DNA of 64,000 nucleotides from the NCBI GenBank assembly GCA_018669005.1, contig JABJAL010000072.1, forward strand, positions 231,877 through 295,876, in the 5' to 3' direction. Numbering within the stretch: the stretch's first letter is position 1; each line of letters starts with the position of its first letter. Below the pieces are notes generated by a model. The model was given only the letters and a program-made list of their open reading frames with translations. It searched no databases and was not told where the DNA came from. The DNA comes from Nitrospinaceae bacterium (GTDB lineage: Bacteria > UBA8248). The translations under genes were made by a program, and so were the position numbers. This document shows positions 56,747 through 64,000 of this stretch, piece by piece.

Positions 56747-56932
56747 GGTTGCCGGGCGCAGAGGCTGAGTTTCGAATCATGGCGAGCCTTTGTTTTACGG
56801 GACAGATTGCCAGCGCCCATGGGGAATGTGAATGCAATAAACCATATGAGATACTTGCCGCACGGAAGATAGCACAGGCCCCCGGTGGGTGTCAGGAAGA
56901 CGCGGTGGTTTTTGGATGGGAGTGATTCGCAA

Positions 56933-57805
56933 ATGTACTGGATAAGTCTGTCTGTTGTGGCGGCGCTGTTTCAGGCCTCGCGCAATGCCGTGATGAAACG
57001 GCTTGGCCACGAGCTCGATGAGTATATCAACGTATTCGGGCGTTTCTTCTTTCTGCTTCCCTTCGCAGGGGTGGCGGTTTTGTGGAACGGCGTGCCGGAG
57101 ATTCGGCCAGATTTCTACTGGGCGTGCATCCTGTTTGGTTTTAGCCAGACGACGGCGACGCTTCTTTTGTCGAAGGCGCTCCTCCACGGCAATATCTCAA
57201 TGGTGGTGCCTATCTGGCGCACCTCGCTCATCTGGCTGGTGCTGGTGTCGTTTTTCACGCTTGGCGAGGCGCCCACGGCGATAGGTCTCGCCGGTATCGG
57301 CATCACAATCGCCGGGGTGTATTTACTCAACATATCACGCGCAAAAATATCGCTTTGGGAGCCGTTTCGAGTGTTGGTTCGTGATCGGGGGCAGCGCTAT
57401 GCGCTTCTCTCGGCCATCATGTACGCGCCCTCGGTGGTCACTTTCAAATGGGCGATCCTCGCCTCGGACGTTCCCTTCGCAACCTTTGGATCTTATGTTG
57501 CTGCGACGCTTTGCGTCTTGCCGATAGCACTGTGGAACTCGTCGCATCATTTCGCACAAATTCCCAGGCTATGGAAGAGTTTTGTATCGCTCGGTCTTTT
57601 CGCCGTGATGACCAACCTCACGCAAGGGGAGGCCTACCGGGTGCAGCTCTCCTCTTATGTTGAGGCGCTCAAGCAAACTGAAATCCTTTTTGCGCTGGCG
57701 ATGGGATATGTTTTATTCGGAGAGCGCGAGGGGTTCCGCGAAATCGTGACTGGCGCGGCGGTAATTCTCGTTGGCGTTGTTGTTCTCGTTCTTTTTGTCG
57801 GATGA
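56933..57805 (+). CDS. EamA/DMT family transporter
   Basis: 10 TM, two EamA halves. Confidence 0.55.
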   Translation: MYWISLSVVAALFQASRNAVMKRLGHELDEYINVFGRFFFLLPFAGVAVLWNGVPEIRPDFYWACILFGFSQTTATLLLSKALLHGNISMVVPIWRTSLIWLVLVSFFTLGEAPTAIGLAGIGITIAGVYLLNISRAKISLWEPFRVLVRDRGQRYALLSAIMYAPSVVTFKWAILASDVPFATFGSYVAATLCVLPIALWNSSHHFAQIPRLWKSFVSLGLFAVMTNLTQGEAYRVQLSSYVEALKQTEILFALAMGYVLFGEREGFREIVTGAAVILVGVVVLVLFVG

Positions 57806-57935
57806 ATCGCTCCTAAATTTCAGAGCGGAATTATTAGCTATCCCCCGGCGGCAGGGTTGATCTATCCTTGTTAAAGGATGAATTTTTGCTCGAATTTATA
57901 TGCCTCTCATGGGGCAGGGAGTGTAAAAAAAGGAA

Positions 57936-58397
57936 ATGGAAAAAGCGATGTTTGGCGCAGGATGTTTCTGGGGAGTAGAGGCGGCCTTCCGCAAGGTACC
58001 CGGAGTTGCATCGACGGCTGTCGGTTATTCTGGTGGCCACAATGAGAACCCGACATATAAAGAAGTGTGCACTGGCGGCACCGGGCATGCCGAGGTCGTC
58101 GAGATTGAGTTCGACCCGGCAGCCGTTTCTTATGAGACGCTTCTGGATGTTCTTTGGCAGATTCATGATCCGACGACAATGAACCGCCAGGGTCCTGATA
58201 TGGGTACCCAGTACAGATCGGCAATTTACTATCACAGCACCGACCAGGAGGCCGCCGCAAAAGCCTCGGCGAAGGTGCTCGATGCTTCTGGGCGGCTGGA
58301 TAACCCGGTTGTCACCGAAATTACGCCGGCCTCGGTTTTCTGGCGGGCCGAGGAATATCATCAGCAGTATTTTGAGAAGCAGGGGATTGTTCATTAG
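57936..58397 (+). CDS. msrA: Peptide methionine sulfoxide reductase MsrA
   Basis: GCFWG active-site motif and conserved MsrA core. Confidence 0.8.
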   Translation: MEKAMFGAGCFWGVEAAFRKVPGVASTAVGYSGGHNENPTYKEVCTGGTGHAEVVEIEFDPAAVSYETLLDVLWQIHDPTTMNRQGPDMGTQYRSAIYYHSTDQEAAAKASAKVLDASGRLDNPVVTEITPASVFWRAEEYHQQYFEKQGIVH

Positions 58398-58408
58398 AAG
58401 GAGCTCCC

Positions 58409-59056
58409 ATGCGATATGTTGGTAATGTTTTAGGGGCTGCGTTGCTCGTCGTTTTCCTCGCGGGGCCGCTTGTTGCCTCGGCGGAGCCGCCAAGCGGAAC
58501 GCTTAAGCGCTTGAAAAGTGAGCATGCCTCTGAGCGTTATGAAGCGGCTTTGACCCTTGGCCAATTGGGTGAGATGAAGCATGCCCCTTTGCTCGCGGGG
58601 CGACTCAAGGACCGTGACGAGGTGGTTCGCGATGCGGCGTATGCCGGGCTGTGGAAAATTTGGATGCGCTCGGGGGACCCGGACATAGATATAATGATGA
58701 AGCGCGGGGTCGCCTTGATGAACTCGGATCAACCTGACAAGGCGGTCGCTGTTTTCTCTGAAATGATCCGCTTGAAGCCAGCCTATGCCGAGGGTTGGAA
58801 CAAGCGGGCGACGGCTCTCTATATGGCCAAGCGCTTCCATGACTCCATTGCCGATTGCCTAAAAGTGCTTGCGCTTAATCCGCATCATTTTGGCGCCGCC
58901 TCGGGAATGGGAATGAACTACCTTGGCCTCGATAATTTCGAGGGGGCGCTCGATGCCTTCAAGCAAACTCTCAAAATAATACCCTACTCAAAGAGCACGG
59001 CTCGCTATATTGAAATGCTCGAATCGGCGCTGGCGGGCAAGCGAAAAAAAATTTAG
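58409..59056 (+). CDS. Secreted TPR/HEAT-repeat protein
   Basis: Signal peptide; HEAT-like PEHLGE-type repeat followed by three TPR-like repeats. Confidence 0.5.
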   Translation: MRYVGNVLGAALLVVFLAGPLVASAEPPSGTLKRLKSEHASERYEAALTLGQLGEMKHAPLLAGRLKDRDEVVRDAAYAGLWKIWMRSGDPDIDIMMKRGVALMNSDQPDKAVAVFSEMIRLKPAYAEGWNKRATALYMAKRFHDSIADCLKVLALNPHHFGAASGMGMNYLGLDNFEGALDAFKQTLKIIPYSKSTARYIEMLESALAGKRKKI

Positions 59057-59151
59057 GCCGGATATTTCCTTTAAAATCAGGAAATTAAGAGTTTTTGGTC
59101 TTTTTCTTCTCCGGATCCCTGTAATATATGGGTTTTTAAGGCTTTGATTTG

Positions 59152-59180
59152 TTGACACCTCTGGAAGTCGTGATTAAAGT
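59152..59180 (+). promoter_or_regulatory. Candidate sigma70-type promoter for the nuo operon (TTGACA-17-TAAAGT)
   Basis: Hexamers with 17-bp spacing, ~70 bp upstream of nuoA. Confidence 0.25.
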
Positions 59181-59249
59181 AAGGCCGTTGAGAGTGGCAT
59201 TAGAGCCGGTTTATTAATAAAGAGAGTTCGATCTCACTGAGGTCTGGTT

Positions 59250-59606
59250 GTGCCTGAGGCTTATATACCAATTTTGATTCTTCTTGCCCTTGCGGCTGGA
59301 TTTTCCGCCGTTAGTCTGGGTGTTTCCTTCTTTTTGGGCAAACAGCGGCCCACCTCCGAAAAAAACATGGCCTATGAGTGCGGAATTGTCCCCGAGACAA
59401 GCGCCCGGGGGCGTTTTTCGGTTAAGTTTTTCTTGGTGGCCATGCTTTTCATCGTATTCGATGTTGAGACGATATTCCTGTTTCCCTGGGCGGTGGTGTT
59501 CCGCGAAATGCCTAGCTACGCCTTTGTCGCCATACTGCCGTTCATGCTCCTCTTGGTGGCCAGCCTGATTTATGAATGGAAGCGAGGAGCCCTCGAATGG
59601 GACTAG
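59250..59606 (+). CDS. nuoA: NADH-quinone oxidoreductase subunit A
   Basis: 3-TM NuoA/ND3 with the conserved YECG and FDVE motifs. Confidence 0.8.
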   Translation: MPEAYIPILILLALAAGFSAVSLGVSFFLGKQRPTSEKNMAYECGIVPETSARGRFSVKFFLVAMLFIVFDVETIFLFPWAVVFREMPSYAFVAILPFMLLLVASLIYEWKRGALEWD

Positions 59607-60094
59607 AAGAAAAACTTGAAGGCCAGGTTGTTCTTGGTCGCGCCACCGACGTAATTAAGTGGGCGCGAAAAAATAGTCTCTGGCCCGCGCTGTTCGGCCT
59701 TGCCTGTTGTGCCATCGAGATGATGTCGGCCTCGGCGAGCAAATACGACATAGCGCGTTTTGGCGCCGAGGTGTTTCGCGCCTCGCCAAGACAGGCGGAT
59801 CTGATGATAGTTGCGGGCCGGGTCTCCCGGAAGATGGCGCCCGTTCTTCGCCAGATCTATGACCAGATGCCCGAGCCCAAGTGGGTGATTTCGATGGGCG
59901 CCTGCGCCTCGACCGGAGGGGTTTTCAATAATTATGCTTTAGTCCAGGGCGTGGACGAGGTGGTCCCGGTGGATATTTACGTGCCCGGTTGCCCGCCGCG
60001 CCCTGAAACGCTGATTGATGGCATTCTCAAGCTCCAAAAGAAGATCGAAGCCGGGGCCCTATACGAGGATCGAAGCAAAACGCTTTCCGCCTAA
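59597..60094 (+). CDS. nuoB: NADH-quinone oxidoreductase subunit B
   Basis: [17 protein letters not shown] and PGCPP motifs (N2 cluster ligands). Confidence 0.8.
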   Translation: MGLEEKLEGQVVLGRATDVIKWARKNSLWPALFGLACCAIEMMSASASKYDIARFGAEVFRASPRQADLMIVAGRVSRKMAPVLRQIYDQMPEPKWVISMGACASTGGVFNNYALVQGVDEVVPVDIYVPGCPPRPETLIDGILKLQKKIEAGALYEDRSKTLSA

Positions 60095-60201
60095 TTGCGG
60101 GATTTCACTGACCGCACGGAAAGTTTTTTTTGGGCTGAGGCTTGTACCATTTTTCACAAGCTTGGGCGGGCCGCTTTGGCCCCGAAGGAGAAGTTCGAAT
60201 C

Positions 60202-60765
60202 ATGGTGGATGAGACCGGGGAGGCTCCGGCGGCCGAGGAAGAAAAGCCAGAGGAACTCGACGAGGACGTACGGGCCTTGAGGGACAAGCTGGGCGCTGAT
60301 GTGTTGTCGGTTAGGCTTCACCGAGGCCAGCTCGCCGTGGAGATTGCCCCTGCCTCTCTAGTGGCGGCGGCTAGCTTTCTCCGGGATTCGCGGGGTTTCA
60401 AGATGCTGAGCTTTCTCGCCGGGGTGGATTGTCTGGAGCTGCCGGTATCCTATCGGTTCAAGGTGACCTACTCCCTTCTCGATTTGGATCGCGCCAAGCG
60501 GATACGCCTTGAGGTTCCCTGCGGGGATGATCTGGCGCCGAGTCTGCCGAGCGTGGCTGGGGTGTGGCCCACCGCTGCGCCCCATGAGTGCGAGGCTTTT
60601 GATCTAGTCGGTATCGACTTTGAGGGAAACGAGAATCTTGAGCGAATACTCACGCCAGAGGGTTTCGAGGGGTATCCCCACAGAAAAGATTTTGACATCT
60701 CGGCAGAGCCCGTGGCGTTTTCGTTCAGAAGCACTCCCGAGGGTAAACCGAAGGCAGTGGAGTAG
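60202..60765 (+). CDS. nuoC: NADH-quinone oxidoreductase subunit C
   Basis: NuoC/30 kDa subunit core (EAFDL.GI.F.G...L.R.L.P). Confidence 0.75.
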   Translation: MVDETGEAPAAEEEKPEELDEDVRALRDKLGADVLSVRLHRGQLAVEIAPASLVAAASFLRDSRGFKMLSFLAGVDCLELPVSYRFKVTYSLLDLDRAKRIRLEVPCGDDLAPSLPSVAGVWPTAAPHECEAFDLVGIDFEGNENLERILTPEGFEGYPHRKDFDISAEPVAFSFRSTPEGKPKAVE

Positions 60766-60801
60766 CCGCCCGTCGGGCGCGCACTCCTGCAGGAGATAGT
60801 G

Positions 60802-62025
60802 ATGAGCACCGAGGTCGAACGGGCCGATTGGCAAGACGACGATCTGCTCGGTCCCATACGCACCGAGACTATGACCCTCAACATGGGGCCGCAGCATCCC
60901 AGCACCCATGGTGTGCTGCGCATGGTGCTCGACCTTGAGGGTGAAACGGTTAAGGGTTGCCGGCCGGTTATCGGTTATCTCCATACGGGTATTGAGAAGT
61001 CCATGGAGGAGCGGACCTATAACAAGGCCCTCCCCATGACCGACCGGATGGATTATCTCGCCCCCATGTCGAACAACCTGGGCTACGTCCTTGCGGTCGA
61101 AAAACTCCTTGGCATGGAAATTCCCCCGCGCTGTCAGTATTTGAGGGTGCTCCTGGCCGAGATGACGCGGATACAGAGCCATCTCGTCTGGCTGGGCACC
61201 CACGCACTCGACCTCGGGGCGATGACGGTTTTTCTTTATTGCTTCAGGGAGCGCGAGGCGATTATTAAGATTTTTGAGAAGGTCGCGGGCGTGCGGATGA
61301 TGACAAGCTATTTCCGCGTCGGGGGAGTATCGAGAGAGCCCTACCCGGAATTTTACGATGATTGCCGAAAATTTTTCGACGATTTTCCATCAAAGGTGGA
61401 CGACTACGAAGAGCTTCTTACGGACAATCCAATTTTCCGAGGCCGCACGCGAGGAGTCGGTGCGATATCGGCGGACAAGGCCATCGCCCTGGGCGTGACG
61501 GGGCCGCTGCTTCGTGCCTGCGGGATAGACTACGACATTCGCAAGAAAGAGCCCTATCTCGTCTACGATAAAATGAATTTCAATGTGCCCCTTGGCGAGT
61601 CTGGCGATATCTATGACCGCTATCTTGTGCGCATGGCAGAGCTTCGTGAGTCGCAAAATATCGCTGTTCAGGCGCTAGAGGGTATGCCCGAAGGATCGCT
61701 CATGGCGGACGATCCCAAGGTTGTGCCGCCGCCCAAAGAGCAGCTTGGGCATGACATGGAAGCGCTTATTCACCATTTCAAGATTTTCACCGAGGGCTAT
61801 CAGGTCCCGGCGGGCGAGGTATATCAGGCCATCGAGTCGCCGCGCGGCGAGCTGGGCTACTACATCATCAGCGACGGCAGCCCGAGCCCTTACAAGGTGA
61901 AGGTGCGCGCTCCGAGTTTTTCGAATCTTTTTTCGATGGCAGAAATGGTTAAGGGCGGAATGTTCGGCGATGTAGTGGCCGCGCTGGGAAGCGTAGATAT
62001 CGTTTTGGGAGAAATCGACCGCTAG
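60802..62025 (+). CDS. nuoD: NADH-quinone oxidoreductase subunit D
   Basis: NuoD/49 kDa signature (MTLNMGPQHPSTHGVLR...ESPRGELG). Confidence 0.85.
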   Translation: MSTEVERADWQDDDLLGPIRTETMTLNMGPQHPSTHGVLRMVLDLEGETVKGCRPVIGYLHTGIEKSMEERTYNKALPMTDRMDYLAPMSNNLGYVLAVEKLLGMEIPPRCQYLRVLLAEMTRIQSHLVWLGTHALDLGAMTVFLYCFREREAIIKIFEKVAGVRMMTSYFRVGGVSREPYPEFYDDCRKFFDDFPSKVDDYEELLTDNPIFRGRTRGVGAISADKAIALGVTGPLLRACGIDYDIRKKEPYLVYDKMNFNVPLGESGDIYDRYLVRMAELRESQNIAVQALEGMPEGSLMADDPKVVPPPKEQLGHDMEALIHHFKIFTEGYQVPAGEVYQAIESPRGELGYYIISDGSPSPYKVKVRAPSFSNLFSMAEMVKGGMFGDVVAALGSVDIVLGEIDR

Positions 62026-62053
62026 GCGCGGTTGGTGTTTCGGGAGAGATAAA

Positions 62054-62644
62054 TTGTCGGTAGACAGATTTCCGCATTCCCCGAAAGAGGAAAAGTTCGA
62101 GTTCGAGCCCGAGGTTCGTGCCGAGCTTGATCGAATAATCACAAAATATCCGGTCAAACGCTCGGCGCTGCTGCCAGCGCTCAAGCTTGGGCAAAAGCAA
62201 AATGGTTTTATCTCAAGTGCCGTGATGCAGCATCTGGCAGAGATATTCGAAATCTCGTCGATGGAAGTCTGGGGTGTGGTGACTTTTTACAGCATGTTCA
62301 AGACCCATCCCCTGGGCGAGTTTCATTTTCAGTTGTGCAATAACCTTTCGTGCACGCTGATGGGCTCGGGCGCTCTGTTGAAGGCCATCGAGGCGCGGCT
62401 GGGCATTAAAGCAGGCGAGAGACGCGAGGACGGAAAGTTTTCAATCGAGAAGGTGGAGTGCCTGGGTGCATGTGGCGGCGCGCCTTGTGTTCAGATTAAC
62501 GAGGATTATTTTGAGCGTGCAACTCCCGAGATGATTGAGGAAATCGTCTCGGCGCTTGAGAAGGGCGAGTACGTTGCTCCCGTCGGGGCCGATGAGGTGG
62601 CGCCGCCGAGGGCGGGCGCCGAGGTCGCGAAAATTGAAGATTAG
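62054..62644 (+). CDS. nuoE: NADH-quinone oxidoreductase subunit E (24 kDa, 2Fe-2S)
   Basis: CxxxxC...CxxxC cluster (QLCNNLSC...CLGACGGAPC). TTG start with GGAGAG RBS. Confidence 0.8.
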   Translation: MSVDRFPHSPKEEKFEFEPEVRAELDRIITKYPVKRSALLPALKLGQKQNGFISSAVMQHLAEIFEISSMEVWGVVTFYSMFKTHPLGEFHFQLCNNLSCTLMGSGALLKAIEARLGIKAGERREDGKFSIEKVECLGACGGAPCVQINEDYFERATPEMIEEIVSALEKGEYVAPVGADEVAPPRAGAEVAKIED

Positions 62645-62659
62645 GGAAAGGCTGCAAAG

Positions 62660-63973
62660 ATGAATCAGCGTTTGGACGCTCTGGTCGAGGAGAAGATTGT
62701 TTCGGCGCGCTTTGGCAATTCCGAGGCGCCGAGCATCGAGGGGTACGAAACCTCGGGTGGCTACGAGGCTATCCGGAAAATTCTCGGCAAGACCGATCCC
62801 AAGGATGTTACTGATATCGTTAAAGCCTCGGGCCTGCGCGGGCGCGGCGGCGCGGGATTCCCCTGCGGTCTAAAGTGGAGTTTCATTCCCGACGTGGAAG
62901 GGCCCAAGTACCTCACTGTCAACGGCGATGAGGGCGAGCCGGGCACCTTTAAAGACAGGGAACTCATGCTTCGCGATCCGCACCAGCTGATCGAGGGCAT
63001 TATTATTGCCTGCTATGCCGTGGGCATTGAGAAGGCCTACATCTATATCCGGGGAGAATTTGCCGCCCCCGGTCGCGCTGTCGATAAGGCGCTTGCCGAG
63101 GCCTACGAGCGCGGCTATGTCGGCGAAAATATTTTGGGCAGCGGTTTTTCCTGCGACATCTACACCCACATGGGCGCCGGGGCCTACATATGCGGAGAGG
63201 AAACGGGGCTGATCGAATCGCTTGAGGGTAAACGCGGGCATCCGCGGCTCAAGCCGCCATTCCCGGCCATCGTGGGTGTCTACGGGCGCCCCACCGTGGT
63301 GAACAACGTCGAGACGCTCTCGAATCTTCCCCACATTATTAATAAGGGAGCCGAGTGGTTCGCCGGAATCGGCATCGATGAGAGAAACACCGGCACCCGG
63401 ATGTATTGCGTCTCGGGCCATGTCGAGAAACCAGGGCTTTACGAGTTGCCGCTCGGTTTAACGCTTGAGGAAGTCATTTTTGAGCACTGCGGCGGGATGC
63501 GTGATGGCAAGGCGCTCAAGGCCGTGATTCCCGGTGGCGCGAGCGCGCCGGTCCTAACCGCCAAGGAAATTCTCGAAGATAAAATTCGGATGGATTTCGA
63601 TGCGCTGGCCAAGGCTGGAAGCATGGGTGGCAGCGGCGGGGTGATCGTCATGGATGAGACAACCTGCATGGTTCAGGCCGCGCAACGGCTGGCGCTTTTC
63701 TATGAGCATGAATCTTGCGGCCAGTGTTCGGTCTGCCGTGAGGGTACGGGCTGGGTGGCCGGTATCCTCTCGCGCATCGAGGCGGGCAAGGGCGTTCCGG
63801 ACGATATGTCTACGCTTGGCTCTATTGATACCAGTATGCGGGGCAACACCATCTGTGTTCTTTCGGACGCCTGCGCGATGATGTTTGGCGCGTTCGTGAA
63901 GAAATTTAAAAGTGAGTTCGAGGCGCACATCGAAGGCGGGCGATGCCCGCATGGGAGTCCCTACCCCGCCTGA
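62660..63973 (+). CDS. nuoF: NADH-quinone oxidoreductase subunit F (51 kDa, FMN/NADH, 4Fe-4S)
   Basis: GRGGAGFP NADH/FMN motif; CGQCSVCREG and C-terminal Cys for N3 cluster. Confidence 0.85.
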   Translation: MNQRLDALVEEKIVSARFGNSEAPSIEGYETSGGYEAIRKILGKTDPKDVTDIVKASGLRGRGGAGFPCGLKWSFIPDVEGPKYLTVNGDEGEPGTFKDRELMLRDPHQLIEGIIIACYAVGIEKAYIYIRGEFAAPGRAVDKALAEAYERGYVGENILGSGFSCDIYTHMGAGAYICGEETGLIESLEGKRGHPRLKPPFPAIVGVYGRPTVVNNVETLSNLPHIINKGAEWFAGIGIDERNTGTRMYCVSGHVEKPGLYELPLGLTLEEVIFEHCGGMRDGKALKAVIPGGASAPVLTAKEILEDKIRMDFDALAKAGSMGGSGGVIVMDETTCMVQAAQRLALFYEHESCGQCSVCREGTGWVAGILSRIEAGKGVPDDMSTLGSIDTSMRGNTICVLSDACAMMFGAFVKKFKSEFEAHIEGGRCPHGSPYPA

Positions 63974-64000
63974 TCGCGGTGTAGGGCTTAGAGGCGAAAG

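Noticed and set aside
1-64000. Searched intergenic regions for tRNA (GTTCGAATCC-type T-arm, TAGCTCAG D-arm), rRNA, CRISPR repeat-spacer arrays and transposase/IS signatures
   Set aside because: None found. The only repeat families are the conserved spacers between DMT paralogs, the two palindromic terminator-like elements and short promoter-region direct repeats.

Overview
This 64 kb window is a high-GC (~60%) bacterial chromosomal segment, densely coded on both strands, with several lower-GC patches. Metabolic and housekeeping genes: a truncated molybdopterin oxidoreductase; a futalosine-pathway radical-SAM enzyme plus an amidohydrolase; an MgtC family protein; CrcB; a BioF-like aminotransferase; ScoA/ScoB CoA-transferase; an isopropylmalate/tartrate dehydrogenase; a PduO-type adenosyltransferase; PgsA; RluB; an SDR; a mandelate-racemase-type enzyme; a DtxR-like regulator with FeoB and a FeoA-domain protein; PanE; ScpA/ScpB; a PfkB kinase; MsrA; and the start of a complex I operon (nuoABCDEF). 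Accessory content: (i) a short AhpD-like ORF with an in-frame TGA exactly at the CxxC redox cysteine position, a selenoprotein candidate; (ii) a paralog-rich cluster with three tandem EamA/DMT transporters, two tandem amidohydrolase-2 genes and an atypical nitrile-hydratase/thiocyanate-hydrolase-like pair (beta C-half homolog plus Co-type alpha with a His-rich N-terminus); (iii) a low-GC (~40%) type II restriction-modification island (C5 DNA methyltransferase plus an overlapping unknown ORF) that apparently replaced most of a fourth DMT paralog, of which a 3' remnant survives; (iv) a MarR regulator with an in-frame pentapeptide tandem-repeat insert, flanked by three TGTATATACA palindromes; (v) gene remnants from past rearrangements (an amidohydrolase-2 C-terminus and an enolase N-terminus); and (vi) a 1155-aa secreted beta-propeller-repeat protein. 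No rRNA, tRNA, CRISPR array or transposase was recognised.
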